Shown here piece by piece: positions 12,632-23,700 of a stretch of 64,000 bases of DNA (positions are counted from its first letter, which is position 1; each line of letters opens with the position of its first letter). Under the pieces are notes generated by a model. It saw only the letters and a list, made by a program, of their open reading frames with translations. It was not told the origin of the DNA and ran no database searches. The position numbers and the translations under genes were made by a program. The DNA is from Octopus sinensis (Eukaryota): assembly GCF_006345805.1 (NCBI RefSeq), contig NC_042999.1, forward strand, positions 69,564,001-69,628,000. The letters run 5' to 3'.

Positions 12632-13084
12632 TTGGGGAAATTTCGAACCTGGGTTCTCATTCCTAAGGTATTTTTTGATGTTGTTGTTGTTATTATTATT
12701 ATTGAGTGAAAGAACAGTACATGCTATCAAAGTGACACTGGGGTAAAGTATACAAAGCCCAATATACCCATCATGACTACCCGTCTGATAAGGGTACACT
12801 AGCCACATGCCTCACAACCATATGTGTGCGACATTGTGATCTTATATCAAGATAAACAGCACATGACCTTGCAGAATTTTCTTCTGGTCGAGTAACCATT
12901 CCCACTCAAAAGGTCCCTGAATAAGGGTTGTTTAAGGATGTTGAACGAAACACCCATGTTTTCAGAGGTGAATTATTCAAACCCCAAAGAATGTCTTTCA
13001 GGTCACTGCCTGGAATCGAACTCGGAATGTTGAGGTTAGTAGCCTGTGCTCTTAACCACTACCCAGGTTCAAAATTTTCCCAAG

Positions 13085-13129
13085 TCACCTGATGAAGGCT
13101 GGAGGGTATATCAGCCGAAACATTGTGTT
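13085..13129 (+). ncRNA. Hammerhead motif copy (family F tail), stem III/cleavage triplet mutated
   Basis: cac CTGATGA a ggctg gagggtatat cagcc GAAA ca tt gtg; CG>CA change at the minimal stem III. Confidence 0.45.
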
Positions 13130-14474
13130 AACAACAAACAAGATGAGGACAAATATCCGTCAAATGTAAACAATGTGTAATACAGGAGTTGGAAAATACA
13201 AACAGACAAAAACAAAAGTGGTTGTGTGGTAAGAAGCTCCCAACTACATGGTTCCAGGTTCAGTCCCACTGCGTGGCACCTAGGGCAAGTGTCTTCCACT
13301 ATAGACTCGTACCTACCAAAGCCTTGTGAATGGATTTGGTAGATGGAAACTGAAAGAATCCCATCGTATATATATATATATATATATTTTGTTTAATCCT
13401 GCCTATAATTTGATAGATTGAATGAATGTGGTTAAGCTTTCACTTTTATATTATACTATGGAAGACAGTAGGGAATATAATTTTTGTATGACTTAATGAA
13501 TTGGTTGTTGTTTAGTTATGTATTTAGGAGTTGGTTGTAATTTACTTATTGAATTTATTTACCAATACGGTTGTAAATAGGGTAAATGTGTGTGAAAGTT
13601 GTGGTTTCTTTGGTATGTTTGTTCCCAAACAATACTTATTTTAGTGCTGTTGACATCACCAGATTGAATGGTACTGCCCAGGTGTCGAAACCATAATGAT
13701 ATCCGTCGGGCAGCTGATGATGGAGGTATGTTGGATTGTTGGTATGGCTATTTTTGTATATGTGGAACAGCATTATAACACATCCTTTTGATACACACAC
13801 ACACATATGTATGTATGTATTTGTGTCTGTGTTTGTCCCCCACCATCACTTGACAACCGATGTTGGTGTGTTTACATTCCAGTAACTTAGCAGTTCGGCA
13901 ACAGAGACCGATAGAATAAGTACTAAGCTTAGAAATTGCTCCAGCATGGCCACATTCAAACGAGTGAAACAAATAAAAGAATAAATAAAATAAAAACCAG
14001 CAAAATTGGAATTTGTTTTTCTTCAGGAAAATATTTTATTTAAAAAAACCCAGAATATTTCAGGTACAACACAACTAACCTTTGTTCACTGATACAAAGT
14101 GAGAAATGCACATTAAAAAGCAAAATTTTAATCAAAAAGAATTTAAATTGAATTTTTTAAAAAACTGATATAAAGTAAGTAATTAATAACATTTCCATTT
14201 TCTCGTGTTTCTTGACTTTGTTTGTCACAGGAACATCTTAATTTAACCAATTTTATAACCTTGCACTAACTCAAAACATATCTAATGTTTGCATAGTCAG
14301 TATTTCAAATACAGCAGAGTCAGTTATAAATATATTCCAGGATTAAACAGACTGGTTTTGTTCATTTTTGACTATGAAAACAAGTAAATCTGATATTTTA
14401 ACACTCGTGTCACATGCAGCCGTTAAGAACTCGTTATTTTAATAAATGAAGTACACAAGAGTCCTTGAACTTAA

Positions 14475-14691
14475 CCCTTTTGATACCAACCCAGTTGAAA
14501 CCACCTCTGGCTCTGTAGTACAAATGTCTTGTTTTCATAAGTTTTGAATTAAAATCTTCCACCAAACCTTAGTCACAATTTATGTTCCTAACAGTAGCTG
14601 AATGATAACTAAGTTATTTTACTAAATTCTTTGCTATATCTAAAATTAATTGAAAGAAACACATCTCAACAGAAATATGGTAACAAAAGGG
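14475..14691. mobile_element. piggyBac-like MITE
   Basis: TTAA|cccttttgatacc ... ggtaacaaaaggg|TTAA (13-bp TIR with 1 mismatch, TTAA on both sides). Confidence 0.85.
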
Positions 14692-14722
14692 TTAAAATAT
14701 ATAAGAGAGAAACAATTCTTAA

Positions 14723-14944
14723 CCCTTTTGATACCAACCTGGCTGAAACCACCTCTGGCTCTATAGTACAAAAGTCTTGTTTCCAAAAGTTCTGAATTAA
14801 AATCTTCCATCAAACCTTAGTCATAATTTATGTTCCTAACACTAGCTTTATGATAACTAAGTTATTTTACTAAATTCTTTGTTATATTTTAAATTAATTG
14901 AAAGAAACAAAGAGCATCTCAAAATAAATACAGTAACGAAAGGG
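14723..14944. mobile_element. piggyBac-like MITE, adjacent second copy
   Basis: Direct copy of 14475-14691; left TTAA present, right TTAA lost. A left-end fragment also occurs at ~31679. Confidence 0.8.
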
Positions 14945-16981
14945 AAGAACTGTTTATGTCTCAGAGTATGAGATCTCCTCATCATCATTTAACATCCGTT
15001 TTTCATGCTGGCATGTTTGGATGGTTTGATAGGAAAAGGTTGACAGCCACTCAAAGTTTTATGCTGTGTAATCTTTCATCAGAAGTAACTGTCAACATTT
15101 TCCTTGTAAAATAAAAAAATTAAAAATGGTCATTCTACCGAAGGATATTGAGGGATTCTTTGGTTTTATGTTTGACTATTTTATATTTAACTATACATAA
15201 AAAATAAACATATTTCTATCTCATTGTTTTGATGAAAATTGTTCATTGCTTGAAAAATATTGGTCAAGTTTAATAAAATTTAATATGTACTCAATGCATG
15301 AAGTGTCACTGTTGGACCCAAGGCCCAATGAAGAGCCCTCTACAGGAGCTTGTTTAAAAGCTGCCCGACAGGGCGGCTTATAAGCTAGTATGTATATATA
15401 TCATCATCATCATCGTTTAACATCCGTTTTCCATGCTGGCATGGATTCGATGTTTTAACTGAGGTCTAGAGAGCCAGAGGCTGCACCAGGCTCCAATCTG
15501 ATCTGGCAATGTTTCTACAGCTGGATGCCCTTCCTAGCACCAACCACTCCGAGAGTGTAGCAGGTGCTTTTTACATGCCACCAGCACAGGAGCCATTCAG
15601 GCAGGCCTGGCATCAGCCATGATCGGATGGTGCTTTATATATATATATTTTTTAAAACAGAAATGAAAAAGCAAATGGTTTGGCATGACTTGACAAGCTA
15701 TACATGCTGGTGCCGTGTACAAAAGCACCCAGTATACTTTCTAAAGCAATTGGCATTAAGAAGGGCATCCAGCCATAGAAACCATATCAAAACAGATAAT
15801 TGGAGCTTGGTGCAACTTTCTGCCTTGTCAACTCCTGTCAAACTGTCCAACCCATGCCAGCATGGAAAATGGACATACGATGATGATGGATATTAGAAGG
15901 CATGAAACTATGAAATGTCTTGTAAAACAACAACAAAGTATTAAAAATTTAAAGACTATTAGATTATTTTCATGGTAATATGAATAATAAACATTTCTTT
16001 TCTACTCTAGGTACAAGGCCCGAAATTTGTGGGCAGGGGACCAGTTGATTAGATCAAACTCAGTATGCAACTGGTACTTAATTTATTGACCCAAAATGGA
16101 TGAAAGGCAAAGCTGACCTTGGTGGAATTTGAACTCAGAATGTAAAGACAGATGAAACACCAGTAAGTATTTCTCCTGGCGTGCTAATGTTTTTGCTTGC
16201 TTGCTGCTTTAAATAAGAAACATTGTTATTCAGAAATAATTTATAGAAAAAAAAAAGTTTTTTGATGATATGAACAATAAGGTTCTAATCAGAATGTTTT
16301 TTTATAATTGGACTTTGCTTACCAAAAAAAAACCAAAAAAAAAAACCACTGATATTTTAAATGACCAATGAAATGAAGAAATGTTGGACTAGATGCAGAC
16401 ACCAAGTTATCCATATCCACTGCCCCATGCTAACATAGATTATATCACTGGCTGAAAAAAAATAGTAACTATCAAAGCATAAGCTATTTTTTTTTCCAAT
16501 TTGAATGACCTTTCCACCCACTACTACCAGCTTCAATCTTAAACTGTCAGGTTGTAATAGCCCTTATTTATTTAGCTTGATAACACAGAAGCAATGATTA
16601 TTGAGAGATAAGAGCTTACACCTTAACCTCAGAGCCAATTTTACAGGACAAATTATCTACATATTGATACGCTAAGGCCAAAATGCATTACACTGTCATT
16701 TGGTTAGCTGAAGGAAGAGGTGAAGAGGGAGAGAGAGAAGTGTTAATGAAGTGATATTGGGTGGGGGGATGTAACAGTTATTACACTAAGACACTGTCAA
16801 GTGGTTAGTTCATAGGAGAAACGAAAAGAGAGAAAGACAGAAATGTGTTGCTAAGAAATAGACAGAAGGGAGAGATATAAATGTGTTAAGTGCAGAGGCA
16901 TGTAGTACAGCTAGAGAGAGAGTGAATGATGACTGAAAGGAATGCAAGAGTGGGAAGTAGTTACCTGATTTTAAATGTAAT

Positions 16982-17017
<36 letters not shown>

Positions 17018-17478
17018 GTAGATAGATAGAAAGGTAAGTAGATAGATAAGTAGAAAGATAGATAGGTAGATAGGTAGATTGGTAGGCAGATAGATAAGTA
17101 GAAAGATAGATAGGTAGATTGGTAGGTAGATAGATAAATAGAAAGATAGATAGGTAGATTGGTAGGTAGATAGATAAATAGAAAGATAGATTGGTAGGTA
17201 GATAAGTTTCTTTATTGGCCACACAGGGCTGCACACAGATGGGACAAGTTACAAGGTAGAGCTTTTCTTTTGGGGGATGAAAAAAGGGGGTGGCGTAGGT
17301 TTTCGATCAAGAGGGATTGTAAAAGGGATGAAGGTAGATAGATAGGTAGGTATGTAGATAGGTAGACAGATAGGTAGGTAGGTATGTAGATAGGTAGGCA
17401 GACAGGTAGGTAGACAGGTAGGTAGATAGATAGATAGCTGAATAGATAGGAAGATGGATAGGTAGGTAGATAGACAGA
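16982..17478 (+). repeat. Compound (AGAT)/(AGGT)n microsatellite split by a ~130-bp insert
   Basis: Tetranucleotide arrays at ~16982-17203 and ~17333-17478. Confidence 0.9.
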
Positions 17479-18334
17479 TTGCCCCTTCAACACTGCTTGT
17501 GTAGATTTTTACATCTCAAGAATCAAATGTTTCAGAAAACTATACAACTTCCTCATACAATTTTCCACAGGTACTGCTAGTTGTTGTTAATTCTTTCTAA
17601 TCTTGGCACAAAGCCAGCAATTTTGAGGGGAGGATTTTAAATAATTACCCTGACTCCACTTCTTGATTGGTACTTCCTTTTTTTTTTTATTGACCCTGAA
17701 AGAATGAAAGGCAAAGTTGATTCCGTCCAATGCATTAACAATTCTGCCAGTTCATTACTTTGATAATAACTAGGCCTGATATTTTAGGGAGGGGGTAAGT
17801 TGATTTCATTGACCCCAGCGTTTCACTGGAACTTAATTTATCGACCCCAAAAGAATGAAAGGCAAAGATGACCATGATAGAATTTGAACTCAGAATGTCA
17901 GGATGGACAAAATGCCACTAAGCATTTTGCCCAGCATGCTAATGTTTCTGCCAGCTCTCTGCTATTATAATAATAATAATAATACTGAGGGTAGAACATG
18001 CTCAGAAAAACTGTTTTATTGAGGACAGCGAGTGTGTTTCAGATTGATACTTGGATGATAAGTACTGTGGAAAGGGACCCTGTGAGACCCTTGACAACAG
18101 GTTGTTGTCCACTCTTACAGAATTAGCTGGAGGAAGTGAAATCAACTGTTCTGAGAAGCAAAATGGAAATAATAAAGTCATTGACTCATATATATATGCT
18201 AGCATGGAAGACGGACGTTAAATGATGATGATGATGATGATGATATATATATATATATATATAATGAAAAATAAAAAAAAAATTCAGGAAAATAAAAGAA
18301 ATTTGCATTAAATTAGAAATAATGACAAAACAGC

Positions 18335-19468
18335 ATCCTACAATGAAATATGATTTATTCACATGGAAAAAGAATTTTCAGAAAATCAGTAGGCATACAA
18401 TAATGGCTGAGACTGTCAGAAGCTAAAGTTTTACATGAATTTCTTCCTTCACAGTCATTTAAAGTGAAAAATGGGAATAGTACTGTTGCTGTCGTACTCT
18501 TCCAGCAAAGTTCCAGTGAATTTCTATGAACATAATGACTAACTAGTTGGAAACAAAGTACCAGGATGTATAGTGACTTTCATAGTGTGTGTGTGTGTGT
18601 GTGTGTGAGAGTGAGTGTGTGTGAGTGTGTATGTGTGTGTGAGTGTGTGTGTATGTGCGTGCTTATGTATATGTGTAAAAAAATGTTTAATGATTCATCT
18701 GTGTGGATTTTAACTTAAAACAACAGTCCACGAGATTGAAATAACAGTTTAATAAAGAATAGAATAGAGTTTAAGCTTTGGAAACAAAAAAAAACAAAAG
18801 ACTAAAACAAAGGCAAGAGATAAGAAATGAAGGAATAATAACGTAACTCAAGAGATATCAAGAAAAAAACGTGATATTTCAATTATTATACATTTGAAAC
18901 TCTTTTCCTTTTTTTTTCTTTTTTGTTGTATCATTTGTTTACAACCACAATCTCATAGAAATGTCTTTTGAAAGATTGGTTCCAACACTGCTGTGGTCTA
19001 AGGAGGTTGCAGTGCTGGAGGAATCATATGAGAGAGAGAGAGAGAGAGAAGTCAAGTGAAAGAGGTTTGTTGTGTGGTTCTATCATTGGTTGTTAGGTTT
19101 AAGTAAAGTACACTGAGACAAGGTGACTAACAACCTAAGAAGGAAAGAAGGGAGTAAACAGGTTGAGCAATGTAACCCTAAAATAAAAGAGATGGCAGGA
19201 AGGAAAGGAAGAGGTTTGTGATGAAACCAGAGAAGGGATTTTGTTAAAAGCTTTAATGAGGATTTTTCACTGCTTGGTAAGGTGAAATCAATGAGGAAGA
19301 GAATGATGAATTACCACAGTGTTTTATGTGAAAGCCAGCCATAGATACCAGTAACAAACAACTTCTTCCAACCCATCAGAGGAGTAGTAGTAGTAGTAGT
19401 AGTAGTAGAAGTAGTAGCAGCACACTTGCAGCCTTCTCATGCCTCAGGCAAACTCGTAGCCTCTTCAC
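18335..19468 (-). other. KDELR: Probable KDELR 3' UTR
   Basis: TE-free sequence downstream of the stop, with (CTA)n, (CT)n and (CA)n tracts. AATAAA on the minus strand at 18354-18359 is followed by a T-rich stretch. The end point is inferred. Confidence 0.5.
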
Positions 19469-19503
19469 TCATGCTGGTAGAGTAATCTTTTTGCCTCGTA
19501 AAA
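19469..19503 (-). CDS. KDELR: KDEL receptor terminal coding exon 4
   Basis: Polypyrimidine tract + ttccag|TT TTA CGA GGC AAA AAG ATT ACT CTA CCA GCA TGA = (V)LRGKKITLPA*. Completes a 212-aa protein. Confidence 0.95.
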
Positions 19504-20879
19504 CTGGAAGAGGAAAATAAAAATAAAAATCCAAGAGCTGTCAAAGAGGGCAAGAGAAGGTTGTCAATGTAAAGCTTTGAAATATTTCAGAATCTTCATA
19601 GAAAACCTATTGATTCTATTCACCATAGTTTCACCTCAAAGACCATAAGACAACTACCAAAACAAGTCATCCATTAGTATGAAGCTTAAAAAGATTCTGG
19701 CTTTCAACCCCTTTTTATTTTTACCAATATATAAAAAGCAAAAAAAAAAAATCTAAAACCAAAATACTTTATGAGAGCAAAGAGAAAAACGAGACCCTAA
19801 AACAGGACCCTAGTAGCAATTAAGACAAGACAACTTTAACCACAACTAATTGTAAAATAGATATTTATGGCCAACAAATAAAACAGGAATAACCAAGGTT
19901 TCTGAAACCATGAAGAATAGCGCAAAAAAAAAAAAAAAAGAAGAAATCTGAAAATTAAGAAAGTAGAGATACATCATCATTTAATATCTGTTTCCCTTGC
20001 TGGCAAGGGTTGGATGGTCTGAGAGGAACCAACAAACCAGAGCTGAGCAAAATATGCTGAGCTCCAGTGTCTGCCCTGGCATATAGATATATAATGAAAT
20101 GCAAAAAAATAATCATAACCAATTACGCATTTATATCAATACAAGTACCGAACCTCTTATCCAGAAATCCAACTATTTTTGAAATTGGTTAGCTTTGAAT
20201 TTTGCAGGCTGTAGAAGTTCGCTGTATGGCTTCTTTGTTTTGGTTTCTATGGTATATGTGTCACACGACGCCAGTTCCCGTGTGACTGCTGCTGTGTGGA
20301 CACCTTTCACTCATAGTTAAGTGGTTATTTGTTTTAATTTATAATTTTTATTTATTACCATGTCTAAAAAGCCTATGTCCAGGAATGTGGAAAATCCAGA
20401 AAACCTCCAATCCCAAGGTTCGGTACCTGTATAAACATTTATACATGTATAGGCAGTTACATATGCATGTGTGTAAATACATATGCATATGGGTGTTTAT
20501 ATGTTGTGTGATTATGTGTGCGTGTATACTATATATATCTTGTGATCAATCAGACTATTGGATGTTGTTATACATTGCTGGTCACAATGCACTTTGTATT
20601 GTTTTAGCTTTCAAATGATGCCACTCTATTAGCCAGGTGAGTAGGCCAACATTGCCCCTGGTCAGAAGGCTAGTCCATCACAGGGGCAACCTATTTACAG
20701 CTGAGTAGACTAGAGCAATGTGAAATGAAGTGTTTTGCTCAGGAACACAACGTGTTGCTCAGTTTGGAAATTGAACCCATGGTCTACTGATTATGAATGC
20801 ATCACCCTAATTGCTTAGGTTATGTGCTTTCACATGTGTGTGCATGCGTGTATATGTATGTATGTTGGCTGAACCTTAA

Positions 20880-21407
20880 AAACTCCAGACACACAGATCC
20901 TGAGGACAGCTGATATCTTGAGTATTGAGGTGATTGTGCACGAACACCGGTTACGTTGGACTGGACACCTTATTAGAATGAAGGATAGCAGGATCCCTAA
21001 GCAGATGCTATATGGGGAACTTGTGAATAGAAAGAGACCCCAGCAAAAACCAAGGCTGCGATTTAAGGACTGTGTCAAGTCCTCATTAAAGGCCTGTGAT
21101 ATGCAGGAGACTGACTGTGAGAACAATGCATGTCATCGCCACAGATGGAGGAAGCAGGTTAAAGGAGTCAACACTTTTGAGAGAGTACATATTCAGCATG
21201 AAAATCTTGAGCATGCTACTTGAAAGCGCACTGCTGGTGTAGTGAATGGGGAAAGCTTGGTCTGCAATGTTTGCAGTCGTGTATGCTTGTCAAGAGCAGG
21301 GCTCATAAGCCATCAACAGAGCCGCAAATACAAAATATAAGTTAGTCCTAGAGTGCACAGTGTTCCTGAAGGTCAGCAATGGTCCTCGGTCACGAGTGGA
21401 TGGCCAT

Positions 21408-21410
<3 letters not shown>
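20880..21410 (+). mobile_element. 5'-truncated RTE-like LINE with C-terminal zinc finger
   Basis: SIEVIVHEHRLRWTGHLIRMKDSRIPKQMLYGELVNRKRPQQKPRLRFKDCVKSSLK..., then past one stop CNVCSRVCLSRAGLISHQQS (C2H2-like). Lies in KDELR intron 3, antisense to the gene. Confidence 0.85.
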
Positions 21411-21439
<29 letters not shown>

Positions 21440-22214
21440 TAAATAGAAAACCATTTGTCCATTCCTCAAATATGAACAACCAATATGTACTCTACAAAAA
21501 AAAATATTTAATTATAAAACAATAGAAATACTTCTAAAAACAGAATAGAAAAATATGGAAAAAGACAAGACTAACATTTTATAAATAAAATACTTATAAC
21601 TTTCACTTCATATTTGAAAGAGCAAGAAAACTCAACACTAAGTAGATGTAAATATATTTCCTACATCAAAAAAGCAACTGCCAATTGAAGAGAAGATCTG
21701 TTTTGAATTTGTAATAGAGCAAAAGTTAGGTTTAATAATGTGACTGTCTTGGGCTTCCAGTGAACCCTAACCTCACTAAATACAACTGACAGAGGATTTA
21801 AAAACTGACAATGGAATAAATATTGACTAGCAAAAATAAACGTTCAATATAATATATTTGGTTTTGTTTTTGATCTATTTCTAAGTAAAACATTACAAAT
21901 GTTGCATCACCATTAGAAGTGTTTGAAAACTGTAATTTAGCTCAATTACAGTGTAAGCAATTAAAAAAAAATTATATAATTCTTTTTAATGTTGGTATAA
22001 GGGTTTCAATTTTAAGAGGAAGGGAGTCAGTTGATTACAATGACCCCCACCATTTGACTAATACTTTAATGACCCTGAAAAGAGGAAAGCAAAGTTGACC
22101 TAGGTAGCATTTGAGCTCAAAACATAAGGAGTTGACAGAAAATTTTACTAAACATTTTATCTGACATCCTACCAATTTTGCTAGCACATTGCCTTAAGAA
22201 TAAAGATAAGCAGT

Positions 22215-22480
22215 CCTAAATGACCATAATGAAGCAGCTGAAGAAGTCGAAAAGATGACCAACTCTGCAAAGGTGGAACTAGAAAGAAAGAGCAAGACCA
22301 CTACCAAAGTTGTTCCTGTAGTTGTAGAGACACTGGGGACCATATCAAAGAAACTGCTACAATTCTTTGACTAACTTAAAATCAAATATGATATCAGCAC
22401 TGAACCAAAACAATGCCTTATTAGGTACTACTTAGACCTGATGGAGAGATCTTAAAAAAACTAATTTTAGGAACTGAGAA
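22215..22480 (+). mobile_element. Decayed R4/Dong-like RLE LINE 3' end
   Basis: KVELERKSKTTTKVVPVVVETLGTISKKL...NALLGT remnant, followed by (TAA)n at ~22490-22527. Confidence 0.65.
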
Positions 22481-22488
22481 GCACAAGA

Positions 22489-22528
<40 letters not shown>

Positions 22529-23179
22529 GTTTCAATTTTTTGACATGAAACCAATAAGTTCAGGGTGGGGACTAGTTAATTACATTGACTCCAGTAACTG
22601 GTACTTATTTTATCAATGTTAAAAGGATGAAAGGCAAAGTCCACCTCAGCAGAATTTGAACTCTGAACGTAAGGATGGACAAAATATCATTAAGCATTTT
22701 GCCCGGTGTGCTAACGATTCTGCCAGCTTGCCACCTTATTACAATAATAATAATCCTTTCTATTATAGGCACAAGGCATGGAATTTGAGGGGAGGGGAAT
22801 AGTCGATCACACTGACCCTAGTAGATGACTAGTACTTAATTTATTGACTCCCGAAAGGATGAAAGGCAAATTCAACCTCAGTGGAATTTGAACCCAGTAT
22901 GTGAAGACAGGCAAAATGCTACAAAACATTTTGCCCAGCATGCTAACAATCGTGCCAGTTCGCCACCGAATAGCCTCTAACATAGGCACAAAGCTACAGA
23001 ACCGAAGGGAGATGTCAGTTGATCAAACCAACTTGACTAGTATTTTATTCCACCAAATCCACAGAGGGATGAAAAGGCAAAGTTGACTTCAGTATAATTT
23101 GAATTTAGAAAAGTAAAGGGCCATAATTAAATAGCAAAAGGCACTTTGTGCAACATCCTAACAATCCTGTCAATCTACT

Positions 23180-23212
<33 letters not shown>

Positions 23213-23215
<3 letters not shown>

Positions 23216-23700
23216 TGGGTTATTAGCTGAAAGTGTGGCTTCAAAGTAACAGAAAAGTGTTATGAAGCTGAACCAAAAGCTGTGATAGAAAATAATTACA
23301 GGATTTTATGGGACTTCCTTGCAAAGATTGACAACACTATTAAAGCAAGCAGACAAGACATGATTACTGTGGCCAAAAAGAAAAGCAGATAATGTAAGAT
23401 CATAGAGTTTGCAATACCATAACAGAGTGGACACCAAAGAAATGGTGAAAAAAAAAACTGAGAAATATCAGGACCTAGCTAGACAGATGAAGCAATACTA
23501 AGCTGACCGTTATTCTTGTGGTAATGGATGCACTTGGCACAACACCACAATTGCTCCCTAAGAGTCTGAAGGATATTGAAATTGAGACTTGCACTGCAAA
23601 GTGCAATCCTGTATTCTGCAAGAACCCTAGAAAGATTCTCGAGATTTGTCATTACCAAACCTCAAGACACCATCCTTGTTTACTCATATAGAATGTAATA
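23213..23700 (+). mobile_element. Decayed R4/Dong-like RLE LINE 3' fragment
   Basis: Frameshifted KCYEAEPKAVIENNYRILWDF..IDNTIKASRQDMI...CKIIEFAIP...KTEKYQDLA...LVVMDALGT. Preceded by (TAA)n at ~23180-23212 and followed by TAA-rich sequence. Confidence 0.8.

Larger units (their letters stand above)
12505..13180 (-). mobile_element. Family F SINE (minus), interrupted at its (AAT)n by another repeat and capped by an inverted copy of its own tail
   Basis: Tail in reverse at 12505-12700, unrelated repeat at ~12700-12990, head in reverse at ~12995-13070 (ggtagtggttaagagc...gagttcgattcc), tail forward at ~13071-13180. Confidence 0.75.

Noticed and set aside
13670-13725. gaaac...gtc gggcag ctgatga as a permuted hammerhead
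   Set aside because: The elements are in an order that does not close stems I and II; no complete fold found.
16961-17493. ORFs rich in YLSI/IYLP repeats
   Set aside because: Translations of (GATA)n microsatellite.
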